Shown in pieces: positions 1 through 10,912 of a stretch of DNA of 64,000 nt. Every line of letters begins with the position of its first letter. Within the stretch, counting starts at the first letter, position 1. The notes beneath the pieces are model-generated. The model did no database searches, was not told the DNA's origin, and saw only the letters and a program-made list of their open reading frames with translations. The stretch lies in NCBI GenBank assembly GCA_043825875.1, contig JBDRRF010000116.1, forward strand, positions 1 through 64,000. Direction: 5' to 3'. A program made the position numbers and the translations under genes. Source of the DNA: Pseudomonadota bacterium (GTDB lineage: Bacteria > Desulfobacterota > Desulfobacteria > Desulfobacterales > RPRI01).

Positions 1-140
1 CCAGTTTCAAAACGCCCCATTTTGGCCGATCTTAAGCGTTGGGCTCAAATTTCAATCCTCGAAATACTAAATGTATTCCTGTGGTTGAAATTTTCTCCCG
101 CCTTGAGCTTGACCAAACTGAAACGTTTTGAAAGTGGCTC
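1..140. repeat. Long-hairpin MITE/REP-like repeat, copy 1 (left end cut by window edge)
   Basis: CCAGTTTCAAAACG...CGTTTTGAAAGTGGCTC terminal inverted repeat; closely similar copy at 18623-18787. Confidence 0.85.
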
Positions 141-154
141 TAAAGTAAAAAAAA

Positions 155-766
155 TTATTCACCCCTCAGATACCCGTCTTCTAATATTTTTTTAAGCTCT
201 TCATAATTATATGTTATTGGAAGTTCGGGAAATTCGCTTTTAAAATTTTCCGGAGGCCTGAAAAGTATACCTTTATCTGCTTCTTTAAGCATGGCAATAT
301 CGTTATAGGAGTCTCCAACAGCTATGATATTGTAGTTAAGGCTTTTCAACGCAATTACCGCTTTTTTCTTGCCGTCTTTCTGGCGCAAATGATAGCCTTC
401 AATCGATGCGTCCGGCCCTATAGTAAGAGAATTACAAAAAAGCGTTGGCCAACCGAGCTTTTTCATCAATGGCCCTGCAAACTGAACAAAGGTATCCGAA
501 ACAATAATTACCTGCGTAACGGATCTAAGCCAGTAAAGAAATTCACAAGCTCCCTCAAGAGGGTTTATCAGTTCAATAACTTTTTGTATATCCGTTATAG
601 TAAGGTGTTCTCTTTCTAATATTTCCAGCCGTCTTTTCATCAGAACATCATAATCGGATATATCCCGAGTAGTAAGCTTTAGTTCTTCAATTCCTGTTTT
701 TTGTGCTACATTAATCCATATTTCAGGTACAAACACTCCTTCAAGGTCACAGCATACAATTTGCAT
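155..766 (-). CDS. thrH: Bifunctional phosphoserine phosphatase/homoserine phosphotransferase (HAD family)
   Basis: DLEGVFVPEIW N-terminal motif, VSDTF, GDSYND; directly downstream of hom. Confidence 0.92.
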   Translation of the reverse strand: MQIVCCDLEGVFVPEIWINVAQKTGIEELKLTTRDISDYDVLMKRRLEILEREHLTITDIQKVIELINPLEGACEFLYWLRSVTQVIIVSDTFVQFAGPLMKKLGWPTLFCNSLTIGPDASIEGYHLRQKDGKKKAVIALKSLNYNIIAVGDSYNDIAMLKEADKGILFRPPENFKSEFPELPITYNYEELKKILEDGYLRGE

Positions 767-857
767 AAATCACCTAATTCTCTTATTTTCGGTCAGCCTG
801 CTATACTCTGTTATTAACATGGCGGATACATTGTTTTACAGCAAAACAAAAAACCAA

Positions 858-2174
858 TTAATCCTCGTCGCTGTCATCCTCTATCCTGATAAGCACAGGT
901 TTTGCACTTACAACATCAAGTTTTGATATTTCGCCAAGAGCCTTTTTGACATCTTCTTCTTTACAAAGATGCGTAAACATAACAATTGGTACCGAACCGT
1001 TTGTTTTACGCCCTTTCTGATGAACCGATTTTAAACTGATTCCGTATTTACCTAAAATTCCGGATATTTTTGAAAGAACTCCGGGCCTGTCTACAGAAGA
1101 AAATCTGAAATAGTATTGAGTAGAGATTTCATCAACAGGCAAAATTGGAATACTTCGGATATTTGCAATCTGGCAGGAAAGCAAAGGAACTCTTCCAACC
1201 GAACCGCATAAAATATTTCTGGCAAGATCGGCCGTATCGCTAATGACAGCGCTGGCGGTAGGCAACATACCGGCTCCTCTTCCATAAAGCAGAATATCTT
1301 CGACAGCATCCCCTGTAATAGTAATAGCATTAAGCGAACCGTTTACATTGGAAAGCATATTATTAAAAGGTATCATTGTCGGATGTACCCTTGCCTCAAC
1401 AGAATTTCCCATATACTTACTTATTGCAAGAAGCTTTATCCTGTATCCAAACTGCCCGGCAAACTCAATATCAAGAGGAGTAATTTTTGAAATACCTTCA
1501 ACATAAACATCTTTTAAATTAATCTCCATACCATAGGCGATTGAATTCATTATAGCCAGTTTATGTGCCGTATCAAAACCTTCGACATCCAATGTTGGAT
1601 CAGCTTCGGCAAACCCTTTTTCCTGGGCTTTAGACAGGGATGCTTCGAAAGTACTTCCATCATCAGTTATTTTCGAAAGAATATAATTGCAAGTTCCGTT
1701 TAATATTCCTGTCATGGAGCTTACCTGATTACCAATAAGTGATTCTCTTATGGATTTTATGACAGGCATACAGCCACCAACACTTGCTTCATATGCGATA
1801 TCAACACCTTTTGCAGCAGCAGCTTTAAATATTTCATTCCCTGAAGATGCAAGAAGAGCTTTGTTTGCTGTAACAATATGTTTTTTGTTATCTATTGCTC
1901 TAAAAATCATATCTTTTGCTATTTTCTCGCCACCGATCAATTCTATAATTATATCTATTTCAGGATCATCCACAACTTTTAGTGCATCGTTTACAAATAC
2001 GCCTTCGGCAAACTTTATACCCCTGTCTCTGGTTGTATCCACATCTGCAATATTCTTCAATTCCAGTTCAGCTCCTATTCTGGAACTGATCAGATCTTTT
2101 TTCTCAAGCAGTATTTTGGCAACGCCTGTTCCAACTGTTCCGCAACCAAGCAAACCTATATTGATTTTTCTCAT
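858..2174 (-). CDS. hom: Homoserine dehydrogenase with C-terminal ACT domain
   Basis: GLLGCGTVG, TANKALLA, EASVGG, GFAEADPTLDVEGFDTAHK, DRPGVL. Confidence 0.96.
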   Translation of the reverse strand: MRKINIGLLGCGTVGTGVAKILLEKKDLISSRIGAELELKNIADVDTTRDRGIKFAEGVFVNDALKVVDDPEIDIIIELIGGEKIAKDMIFRAIDNKKHIVTANKALLASSGNEIFKAAAAKGVDIAYEASVGGCMPVIKSIRESLIGNQVSSMTGILNGTCNYILSKITDDGSTFEASLSKAQEKGFAEADPTLDVEGFDTAHKLAIMNSIAYGMEINLKDVYVEGISKITPLDIEFAGQFGYRIKLLAISKYMGNSVEARVHPTMIPFNNMLSNVNGSLNAITITGDAVEDILLYGRGAGMLPTASAVISDTADLARNILCGSVGRVPLLSCQIANIRSIPILPVDEISTQYYFRFSSVDRPGVLSKISGILGKYGISLKSVHQKGRKTNGSVPIVMFTHLCKEEDVKKALGEISKLDVVSAKPVLIRIEDDSDED

Positions 2175-2178
2175 AAAT

Positions 2179-3345
2179 TTACAAAACCTTTCTCAAACCC
2201 CTGACAGCCTGGTTGATACGCATTGCATTTTCAATAAGTGCAAAGCGGACATAGTCATCCCCATATTCCCCGAATCCGAGACCGGGTGAAACGGCAACCT
2301 GTGCTTCCTTTATTATAAACTTTGAAAATTCCACTGAACCCATCTTTATATATTTGTCCGGAATTTTAGCCCATACAAACATTGTTCCCTTCGGGCTTTT
2401 AACATTCCAGCCTATACGGTTAAGGCCGGTTATAAGGGCATCTCTGCGCTCTTTGTAGGTATTGCATATATCTTTTACACAATCCTGCGGACCATTTAAA
2501 GCAATAATGGATGCTATCTGAATCGGCTGAAAAACACCATAGTCAAGATAGCTTTTAATTCTCCTTAATGCGGCAATAATTTCAGGATTTCCTGCACAAA
2601 AACCGACTCTCCATCCTGGCATGTTATAGCTTTTTGAAAGAGAAAAAAATTCAACCCCAACATCCTTTGCCCCTTTAACCTGCAGAAAACTTGGGGCAAC
2701 ATAATCGTCAAAAATAATATCTGCATAAGCAAAGTCATGAATAACCATTATATTATGTTCTTTTGCATAATCGACAATTTTTTCAAAAAAATCTATATTT
2801 ACAACCTCGGTTGTCGGATTATGAGGATAGCTCATTATCAAAACTTTAGGCTTGGGCCATGTCTGCCGGGTGGCATCAATAAGATTTTCAAAAAAATCAC
2901 AATCCGGCCCCACCGGTATTCCGCGGACTTCTCCTCCTGCTATAATTGCGGAATACGGATGAATAGGATAAGTCGGGGTTGGAGTTAAGACCACATCTCC
3001 GGGACTTATAGTAACAAGAATAAGATGGGATAAGCCTTCTTTTACCCCTATTGTGACAATCGCCTCATTATCCGGATCGATATCAACATCAAACCGGCGC
3101 TTATACCAGCTTGCTATAGCCATTCTCAGCTTGGTTATACCCATTGAAGCGGAATACCGGTGATTATGCGGCTTTTGGGCGGCTTCCACAAGTTTGTCAA
3201 TAATATGTTGGGGAGCCCCAAGATCGGGGTTTCCCATACCAAGATCTATTATATCTTCTCCAGCATGCCTGGCATCCATTTTTATTTTATTTACAGTTGC
3301 AAACACATACGGAGGCAAACGATCCAGCCTGGCAAACTTATTCAT
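2179..3345 (-). CDS. alaC: Class I/II PLP aminotransferase, AlaC-like
   Basis: [39 protein letters not shown]. Confidence 0.8.
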   Translation of the reverse strand: MNKFARLDRLPPYVFATVNKIKMDARHAGEDIIDLGMGNPDLGAPQHIIDKLVEAAQKPHNHRYSASMGITKLRMAIASWYKRRFDVDIDPDNEAIVTIGVKEGLSHLILVTISPGDVVLTPTPTYPIHPYSAIIAGGEVRGIPVGPDCDFFENLIDATRQTWPKPKVLIMSYPHNPTTEVVNIDFFEKIVDYAKEHNIMVIHDFAYADIIFDDYVAPSFLQVKGAKDVGVEFFSLSKSYNMPGWRVGFCAGNPEIIAALRRIKSYLDYGVFQPIQIASIIALNGPQDCVKDICNTYKERRDALITGLNRIGWNVKSPKGTMFVWAKIPDKYIKMGSVEFSKFIIKEAQVAVSPGLGFGEYGDDYVRFALIENAMRINQAVRGLRKVL

Positions 3346-3627
3346 AATATAGCCTCATCCTGATAAAATTAAATTCTGCAATCCGCCACATATATTAATC
3401 CTTCAATTTGTATGCATAATTACAATATATAGCATTTTATGTCAAAAAAATTGTTTTGACTTTTAAATGGAATACGTTTAATTTCATATTGATTTCAACT
3501 AACAATCATAAAGACTTTCCCTAATCTGCTTATAAACGGCATCTTATTTTCCTTATAGTAAATGGCTGCTTTTTTAGATTAATTTTTTAAATATAACGGA
3601 TTCTATTTAAATGAATTGGAATATGAC

Positions 3628-4671
3628 ATGACAAAATCTCTAACTTATGCTGATTCGGGTGTTGATATTGACAAAGCGAACAGACTGATTGAATCTATAA
3701 AAGAAATAGCAAAAAAAACAAACAGACCGGGAGTTATCGGTGAAATTGGCGGATTTGGCGGCATGTTTTCTTTAAATACTAATAATTTTCAAAAACCTGT
3801 TCTGGTGAGTTCTACCGACGGTGTCGGGACAAAACTTAAAGTGGCTTTTATGGCGGGTAAACATGATACCATCGGTATCGATCTTGTCGCAATGAGTGTC
3901 AATGATATCATAGTTCAAGGAGCTGAACCATTATTCTTTCTTGATTATTTTGCAACCGGAGAAATCGATTCCCAAATAGCTATTGACGTTATCAAAGGTG
4001 TTGCCGAAGGTTGCAAGCAGTCTAAGTGTGCACTTTTAGGTGGTGAAACAGCTGAAATGCCTGGATTTTACAATAAAAACGAATATGACCTTGCAGGATT
4101 TGCCGTTGGGCTTGTTGATTACGGCAAAATTATAGATTGCTCAGATATCCGTATGGGTCATAAACTCATAGGCATCACTTCAAGCGGGCTTCACAGCAAC
4201 GGATATTCGCTTGCCCGAAAAATTTGCTTTGATGTTCTAAATCTTAAAATTGATTCCTATGTTTCAGAGCTTGGTAAAACTATTGGAGAAGAGCTTCTTA
4301 CCCCAACAAGAATATATTCCGCAATGATTCTAAGCTTGATTAGGGACCTTCCGATTCACGGCCTTGCTCACATAACCGGCGGGGGAATATCTGAAAACAT
4401 TGTACGCATAATACCCGAAACATGCATGATCAAAATCATAAAAGACAGCTGGGATATACCTCCAATTTTTAATTTTCTTAAAGAAGCCGGGAAAGTCTCC
4501 GAAGCAGAAATGATGAGAACTTTCAATAACGGTATAGGCATGGTTGCAATAGTACCTGAAAAATCTGTGGATGAAATTATGGATCGTTTGGCCGGTTTTA
4601 ATGAAAAGATATTTCTGATAGGTGAAATTGCGGAAAGAAAAGACTCTCAGGAAAAAATAAAGTGGGTTTGA
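3628..4671 (+). CDS. purM: Phosphoribosylformylglycinamidine cyclo-ligase
   Basis: TYADSGVDI, GGFGG, TDGVGTK, GGETAEMPG, SSGLHSNGYS, RTFNNGIG; ATG at 3628 preferred over TTG at 3616. Confidence 0.97.
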   Translation: MTKSLTYADSGVDIDKANRLIESIKEIAKKTNRPGVIGEIGGFGGMFSLNTNNFQKPVLVSSTDGVGTKLKVAFMAGKHDTIGIDLVAMSVNDIIVQGAEPLFFLDYFATGEIDSQIAIDVIKGVAEGCKQSKCALLGGETAEMPGFYNKNEYDLAGFAVGLVDYGKIIDCSDIRMGHKLIGITSSGLHSNGYSLARKICFDVLNLKIDSYVSELGKTIGEELLTPTRIYSAMILSLIRDLPIHGLAHITGGGISENIVRIIPETCMIKIIKDSWDIPPIFNFLKEAGKVSEAEMMRTFNNGIGMVAIVPEKSVDEIMDRLAGFNEKIFLIGEIAERKDSQEKIKWV

Positions 4672-4687
4672 GCAGGTATCTTTTTTC

Positions 4688-5680
4688 ATGATTATTCTCG
4701 GCATCGAATCTTCCTGTGACGACACTGCCGCTTCCGTTGTTTCAGATGGGAACAAAATACTATCTACTATTGTATCATCACAAGCCAAAATTCATTCTCC
4801 TTATGGAGGTGTTGTTCCCGAACTGGCATCCAGAAAGCATATGGAGGCTATAATTCCGGTTGTTAGAGAAGCAATAAACACTGCCGGCAAACCCGGACAA
4901 ATTAACGCAATAGCCGTTACGCAAGGTCCGGGGCTTATAGGTTCACTACTCGTTGGCTTTTCATTTGCAAAATCCTATGCCTTTGCACTAAACATCCCAT
5001 GGACAGGTGTAAACCATCTCAAAGGACATATTAACTCCGTTTTTCTTGAACCCGATCCCCCCCCCTTTCCGTTCATATCGCTTCTTGCATCAGGCGGCCA
5101 TACAGGAATTTATATTGTAAACTCTCACACCGATATCGAGCTTTTGGGACAAACCCGTGATGATGCCGCAGGAGAAGCATTTGATAAGGTAGCAAAAATG
5201 CTTGGCCTGGGATATCCTGGCGGAAGCATTATAGGAGAGCTTGCCCAAAAAGGCGATGCTTCAAAAATAAACTTTCCGAGAGCTTATCTGGACAAATCCG
5301 CTTTTGATTTCAGCTTCAGCGGCGTGAAAACTTCTGTCAACCGCTTTATAAAAATTAATTTATGCCGATATACACAAATGATACCCGATATAGCTGCCGG
5401 ATTCCAGGAAGCTGTTGTTGAAGTTTTATCTTATAAACTTCTAAATGCCGCTATTTTAAAAAAATGTGAACATGTTTCAATTGTAGGCGGTGTTGCGGCA
5501 AACAAAAGATTACGCGAAAAAGTAGAGCATGATGCTATCTCTTTAGGAATAAAAGTACACATACCCTCAGTTGATCTTTGCGGAGATAATGCCGCTATGA
5601 TAGCTGCAACAGGCTACCATAGCCTTATAAAAGGCGAAGTATACGATTTGAACCAGGATGTTTTTTCACGTGTAATATAG
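4688..5680 (+). CDS. tsaD: tRNA t6A37 threonylcarbamoyltransferase subunit
   Basis: GIESSCDDT, GGVVPELASRKH, SGGHT, DDAAGEAFDK, GDNAAMIA. Confidence 0.96.
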   Translation: MIILGIESSCDDTAASVVSDGNKILSTIVSSQAKIHSPYGGVVPELASRKHMEAIIPVVREAINTAGKPGQINAIAVTQGPGLIGSLLVGFSFAKSYAFALNIPWTGVNHLKGHINSVFLEPDPPPFPFISLLASGGHTGIYIVNSHTDIELLGQTRDDAAGEAFDKVAKMLGLGYPGGSIIGELAQKGDASKINFPRAYLDKSAFDFSFSGVKTSVNRFIKINLCRYTQMIPDIAAGFQEAVVEVLSYKLLNAAILKKCEHVSIVGGVAANKRLREKVEHDAISLGIKVHIPSVDLCGDNAAMIAATGYHSLIKGEVYDLNQDVFSRVI

Positions 5681-5852
5681 ATTGGAATCCATTGAAGAAG
5701 CACTTGTAAAGCTTAATCCTTAAACTGTAAAATATAAGATTTATAAATAATCAATTTATACCAGACTCGGTATTCTAATTAAAAACAAATTCAAAATCAT
5801 TTTATTCTTGCGTTATAGTTAAACAAAATATATAAAATGCTTTTGATTATCT

Positions 5853-6655
5853 TAGGAGTTTAGGCGTTTTAAGACACCTAAACTATTGAATAATATGTAA
5901 ATTCCTATGCATTTGATTGTTTTAAGTGCATGAATATACTCCAAAAACAAATGGAGGATATTCATGGTTAACAAAGCACGAAAGAGTTCTAAAAAGTGGA
6001 TTGAACAGACTCGAGATTACTTCATAGAATTTCTGAACAAAACTGATTTTCCTAATTTGGATCGTATCGGTCAAGAAGTCCGAAGTTCTTCTATCCGGAA
6101 TGGCTAATCATGTTCATCCCTGTTCTATCCGTTAAAATGAAAATTAAAACTTATGTTCAGATCCATAAAATGACCGTCGAGTACTGGGAGCTAATTGCTA
6201 AAGATCTAAACTTAAAACCTGTAAGCGAGGGGCAACTTCGAGATTGATTAAAAAATTATCTGCCATCGCCTTAGAAAACCGGCAGTTTTCATCTGTCAAA
6301 TGTTTCCTGAACTCTAACAACGACAGGGTGGTTAGCGCTGATAAAATGATGAATCAGCGCCAAAGGGCCTCAGTGGCATAAGAAGCAAAAAGAAAAAGGC
6401 ATTATTCCCAAAGGCCTTCACAACATTGATAAAGAAGCCCTCTATAGTAAATCCCATTCGGCCGGATTGGTATGGCAGCCTTTCTTTTGCATCTCATAAA
6501 ACAATATTTTTAGGCTGCTTCATTTTGATGCCAAACAGTGCCTCTTTGCTGCTATGGGTCTTACAATCCAAATGCATTAGTTAATCGCATATAAGGAAAA
6601 ACGAACACCTTGGAAAATCAAGGACGAGGTGTTGGGGTAAACTCCCCGACCCCTG
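5853..6655 (+). mobile_element. Internally deleted, frameshifted DDE-transposase IS remnant
   Basis: ATG at 5964 after GGAGG; broken frames read MVNKARKSSKKW...YPEWLIMF...DKMMNQ/KGPQWHKKQKEKGIIPKG and ...LFAAMG...WKIKDEVLG*; ends TAGGAGTTTAGGCGTTT and AAACTCCCCGACCCCTG form an imperfect inverted repeat. Confidence 0.65.
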
Positions 6656-6710
6656 ATTTATTTATAACTGAAAGGTAATTTGTTGGGCATCAAGAAAAGG
6701 AGAGTTTGAT

Positions 6711-7763
6711 ATGAGCATGGAAGACGTTTACACTCATTCGGTGAAAGGGGACAAAGTAGTTGTAAAGAGAGGCTTTTCATATCCTGGGTTCTTCTTCGGT
6801 TTTATTTGGGCATTCGTAAAAGGACTTCCCGGAATCGGCTTTGCTCTTCTCGCTGCAATTGTAGGTTTTAGAGCTTTCGAAGTTTTTATAGCTTCTATTG
6901 ATCCCAAAATAGCACGTTTCGTTTCAGTCTCTTGTCCTTTGGTATTGGCCTTTGCTGTTGGCTCTATGGGTAATGAATGGATACGGTCTAAGCTGATACG
7001 GAAAGGATACATACATACGGCAAAAATAGGCAATGTGGACCCAGACACAGAGCTATACCCTAAACAACAAAGTATCTATTCAGACTATAATGAAATGATA
7101 TACAAAACCAATGGTGACGATGCAAGTATTCAGGCTATTCTTGTTAAACTAAGTGGCAAATATCATGTTGAGTTGGATTATGTAAAAAAATCAGTTGAGA
7201 AAGGAAAAAATCTCGGAAATCCACAGGAAACAGGTTTCCCATATTCTGAATATCATCAAGCAACACCAATGCCAAATAGTAAAGAGGTCTCCAACTTTGA
7301 AACTGTCAAGCTCGGTAACCAAGAGTGGCTGGCAGAGAATCTCAGCACCGAAACAGAACACAGCTGGTGTTACGACAACGATTCAAAGAATTGTGAAGAA
7401 TATGGCAGATTGTATACTTGGGATGCCGCCATTAAAGCTTGCCCTGAAGGTTGGCACCTACCAACTGATAAGGATTGGAATGATTTGATCATTTACTTGG
7501 GAGGAGAAGAAATAGCGGGCGGTACACTCAAATCTTCCCCATCAGGGCTTAACCTCAAGTTATCTGGATTTCGGAATCATAAAGATGGCTCTTTTAATTT
7601 CCTACGTCAAAGTGGTAACTATTGGAGTTCTTCGGAATCCAATTCGGAAAAGGCGTGGTTTCGAGCACTTAACTATAAAAATGCATTTATAAGCCGATTC
7701 GATGCTGACAAGAAGGCGGGGTTTTCGGTCCGTTATTTGAAAGACAGGCCAAAAGAAGGATAA
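6711..7763 (+). CDS. DUF2628-like membrane domain fused to FISUMP (Fibrobacter succinogenes major paralogous) domain
   Basis: N-terminal VKRGFSYPGFFFGFIWA...GNEW; C-terminal GNQEWLAENL, YGRLYTW, CPEGWHLPT, GNYWSSS, GFSVR. Confidence 0.85.
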   Translation: MSMEDVYTHSVKGDKVVVKRGFSYPGFFFGFIWAFVKGLPGIGFALLAAIVGFRAFEVFIASIDPKIARFVSVSCPLVLAFAVGSMGNEWIRSKLIRKGYIHTAKIGNVDPDTELYPKQQSIYSDYNEMIYKTNGDDASIQAILVKLSGKYHVELDYVKKSVEKGKNLGNPQETGFPYSEYHQATPMPNSKEVSNFETVKLGNQEWLAENLSTETEHSWCYDNDSKNCEEYGRLYTWDAAIKACPEGWHLPTDKDWNDLIIYLGGEEIAGGTLKSSPSGLNLKLSGFRNHKDGSFNFLRQSGNYWSSSESNSEKAWFRALNYKNAFISRFDADKKAGFSVRYLKDRPKEG

Positions 7764-7956
7764 GGAAAAGTCAGGGTACTATGCTGATGGTTTGGATCAA
7801 AGTTCTTTTCAGCCTATTTCAAATGGTATAAATAGTGAATTGGCATGAATAAAACTATAAGAAAAGTGTTTCAATGAATATAAATCAAAAGTTGGTAAGA
7901 ATTACCCTTAATGTAGGGTATTAGTTGTTTCAAAGGCTGGATCTGATATTCATTAC

Positions 7957-8129
7957 TTTAGAGATATCTACGAGCTTGATCGCTGTTGGATGCGAGGAGA
8001 TAAAAGCAACCTGTGGCTTTTTGCTGCTATGGGCTTACTGCTCCAAACGTATCAGTTAATAGCATATAAAAAAAATGACCAACCTGGAAAATCAAGGACA
8101 AGGTGTTGGGTTAAACTCCTCGTCCCCTG
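7957..8129 (+). mobile_element. Second 3'-end remnant of the same IS family
   Basis: Reads FRDIYELDRCWMRG..LWLFAAMG..WKIKDKVLG* then AAACTCCTCGTCCCCTG; 8019-8129 is a diverged direct repeat of 6544-6655. Confidence 0.7.
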
Positions 8130-8191
8130 AGTAATTAACTTTAAGGGAGGAACTACTACAGATAACCGAATACATAGCGGAGGTGAAACAC

Positions 8192-8947
8192 ATGGAATGG
8201 TACTACAGTAAAGGCAAAGAGCCGGTCGGACCAGTAAGTGAAGCGGATTTTCAGTCTCTAGTAAGTTCGGGAACAATAAATAGTAATACATTAGTTTGGA
8301 ACCAAAGCATGGTTGATTGGCAAAAGTATAAAAAAGTCAAAACTTCTTCCGATCTTCCTTCCACTCCTTCTCCTTCCGACACTGCAAGCACGCAAAAATG
8401 CTCTGAGTGCGGCAAATCCTTTTCAAAAGATGACCTGATTCAATATGAAGGATCTAATGTCTGTGCAACCTGCAAACCTTTGTTTGTTAAAAAAATCAAA
8501 GAAGGCGTAGCTACAGGGGATTTACGTTATGGCGGATTTTGGATCAGATATGGTGCAAAATTTATTGACTGGATCATTTTACTTATACCAAATTTGATAA
8601 TAACTTTTTCTTTGGGGCAATTCTTAACTCCTACAGGAAATCCAAATGAACCTTTTGTTTTTTCAGCATTGGGTGGATTAGGACTGTTACTCCAATTTTC
8701 ACTACCTGTTATATATAATACCTGGTTTGTTGGAAAATATGCCGCAACACCAGGTAAAATGGCCTGCGGCTTAAAAATAATCACTTCAGATAATAACAAA
8801 GTAAGCTATTTAAGAGCATTCGCCAGATATTTTGCTGAGATATTGAGCGGATTGATACTATGTATCGGATATCTTATGGCAGCTTTTGACTCACAGAAAA
8901 GAAGTCTTCATGATAGAATATGCAATACTCTTGTCATAAGAAAATAA
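8192..8947 (+). CDS. GYF_2 (DUF4339) + zinc ribbon + RDD family membrane protein
   Basis: WYY...GPVS..TLVW..M.DW; CSEC...CATC; GGFWIRYGAKFID, TPGK, LHDRICNT; GGAGGTG RBS before ATG at 8192. Confidence 0.88.
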   Translation: MEWYYSKGKEPVGPVSEADFQSLVSSGTINSNTLVWNQSMVDWQKYKKVKTSSDLPSTPSPSDTASTQKCSECGKSFSKDDLIQYEGSNVCATCKPLFVKKIKEGVATGDLRYGGFWIRYGAKFIDWIILLIPNLIITFSLGQFLTPTGNPNEPFVFSALGGLGLLLQFSLPVIYNTWFVGKYAATPGKMACGLKIITSDNNKVSYLRAFARYFAEILSGLILCIGYLMAAFDSQKRSLHDRICNTLVIRK

Positions 8948-8962
8948 ATTGCAGAGAATATA

Positions 8963-9529
8963 ATGATAACTTGCAGTAAATGCCAAAACCCGATAGATGC
9001 GAACCGCATCAACACAAATAATTATCTGCCCTGTCCGCACTGCAACACCAAATTACGCGCCGATGTTTTTCCGGCCTATACCAGAAAAGCACCGGAAGCC
9101 GAAGCCGGACAAACTCTTATAATTGATGATGATGCATCGTGTTTCTATCATCCATCGAAAAAAGCTGTAATACCCTGTTCTTCATGCGGAAGATTTTTAT
9201 GCTCGCTTTGCGATGTTGAAATGAATGGTGAACATATATGCTTTTCTTGTATCACAAATAAAAAAACCAAAGGTGAGTTAAAAGATTTAGAAACTCACAG
9301 AACACTTTACGACAGTATTGCAATTAAGATGGCAATACTTCCTTTGCTTTTTTTATTCTGGATAACAATTATCACGGCGCCAATTACAATTTACATTGTA
9401 ATCAGATACTGGAAAAAACCTTCAAGTATTATTGAAAGGAGTAAAATCCGGCTTATAGCGGCTTTTATTATCGCAACCATTCAAATCGGAGGCTGGTCAT
9501 TTTTTTTCTTCAACATCGCAAATAAATAA
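8963..9529 (+). CDS. Zinc ribbon + B-box-like zinc finger membrane protein
   Basis: CSKC..CPHC, then CFYH...CSSCGRFLCSLC...CFSC; two C-terminal hydrophobic helices. Confidence 0.75.
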   Translation: MITCSKCQNPIDANRINTNNYLPCPHCNTKLRADVFPAYTRKAPEAEAGQTLIIDDDASCFYHPSKKAVIPCSSCGRFLCSLCDVEMNGEHICFSCITNKKTKGELKDLETHRTLYDSIAIKMAILPLLFLFWITIITAPITIYIVIRYWKKPSSIIERSKIRLIAAFIIATIQIGGWSFFFFNIANK

Positions 9530-9560
9530 TCTGCTTTTAATTTATTGCCATCGGAGAAAC

Positions 9561-10595
9561 ATGCAAAAAAGCGAAAAAACATATCGCCGTCTTCCCGGTA
9601 AAAGAAAACGGATCATAGGAGTAGATACCCTGTGGGCAGGTCCTGACCACATGCTATCTATTGAATCAAGCGGCGTTTCAGAAAGCTACAGACGTTTTTA
9701 CTATAATGATATTAAGTCTATAGTTATTGCCAAAACCTTAAAAGCTACCATTGAATCTATTGTCATAGGCCTTGTAATAATTATTTTGACTGCATTTGCC
9801 ATTCAACTTTCGGGTTCATTTTCTTCGTCAGCTCCCACTGCTGATGCCATGAAAGCACCTTTTGCAATTGTGCTGTGGATTATAGACAGCATACTTTTAA
9901 TTTATTTTATTAAAAACATGATACACGGATCATCTTGTGAGTGTTGGATTGAAACGGATGTACAACGCGAAAAGCTTGTTTCAGTGAATAGATTAAGGGC
10001 TGCAAAGAAATTTATAACAACCTTAAAACCGTTAATTGAAAAAGAACAGGGCGTTTTGCCTATAGAAACGCTTCAAAATTTTAATCGTTTTCAACATTCT
10101 GATAAGGATAAATTATTCTGCGACAATCAAAATAAAAGAGCTGAGCCACTAAGCACTAAAAGCAAATATTTGTTTATCATGTTATATGTCCTTATTACCA
10201 TCACAGGACTGTTTTGCATTATCACTCTTTACAATCGTTACGTATTTACTATAGTTACAGAAACACTCATGCTTTTTGGAATATGCATATTATCTATTAT
10301 TGCTGTAGTCAAACAATCAGGAAGTACTATTAATAAACCATTAAAAATTATAAACTGGTCTGCTCTTGGCCTTGTGATAATCTTATTTGGCTGTGGATAC
10401 ATTGAATATTTCTGGCTGATATTTAAAAATACCAATAAACCTAATCTAATATATGATAATTGGCAATTGTTTGAAGTATACGCAAAAATAAATCCTTTTG
10501 AGTACCCCCTGATGCTTGGTATGGCAGTTTTCAATATCGCAAGCTTTCTTACAATCGGTCTTTCCGGATTAATTCTATCAAGAAAACAGGTATAA
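9561..10595 (+). CDS. Multi-pass membrane protein, unknown function
   Basis: 344-aa ORF within operon; soluble N-terminus (LWAGPDHMLS, SYRRFYY) and several hydrophobic segments. Confidence 0.75.
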   Translation: MQKSEKTYRRLPGKRKRIIGVDTLWAGPDHMLSIESSGVSESYRRFYYNDIKSIVIAKTLKATIESIVIGLVIIILTAFAIQLSGSFSSSAPTADAMKAPFAIVLWIIDSILLIYFIKNMIHGSSCECWIETDVQREKLVSVNRLRAAKKFITTLKPLIEKEQGVLPIETLQNFNRFQHSDKDKLFCDNQNKRAEPLSTKSKYLFIMLYVLITITGLFCIITLYNRYVFTIVTETLMLFGICILSIIAVVKQSGSTINKPLKIINWSALGLVIILFGCGYIEYFWLIFKNTNKPNLIYDNWQLFEVYAKINPFEYPLMLGMAVFNIASFLTIGLSGLILSRKQV

Positions 10596-10597
10596 CC

Positions 10598-10912
10598 ATG
10601 CAGGATCTCTCCCGCAGGCGATGTTTTAATCATAGATCACGTGAAGCAGCAGCCCATTGCCTGGAATGCGGCAGATATTTCTGTAGAGAGTGCGTTACCG
10701 AACATGATGGTAGAGTTATATGCTCAGGTTGTATCACGAACCTGACTATAAGCGCTGAAAAAGTGAAGCAACGGTTCAGGTTCTTTGGCATGCTGCTTCT
10801 TTTGTTTGGCAGCTTGTTTTTTCTCTGGCTTGTTTTTTATTATCTGGGAGTATCACTGATTAAGATTCCTTCATCATTTCATGAAGGAGCAATATGGAAA
10901 AATCTTTGGTAA
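10598..10912 (+). CDS. Small B-box zinc finger protein with one TM helix
   Basis: CFNH...CLECGRYFCREC...CSGC followed by a hydrophobic helix. Confidence 0.8.
   Translation: MQDLSRRRCFNHRSREAAAHCLECGRYFCRECVTEHDGRVICSGCITNLTISAEKVKQRFRFFGMLLLLFGSLFFLWLVFYYLGVSLIKIPSSFHEGAIWKNLW

Noticed and set aside
5008..5030. TsaD NHLKGH instead of the usual HLEGH
   Set aside because: Both metal-binding His are retained; a single substitution does not support altered function.
6544..8129. The ~110-bp direct repeats as CRISPR, attC or ncRNA
   Set aside because: They translate into the same transposase-like C-terminus, so IS ends explain them better.
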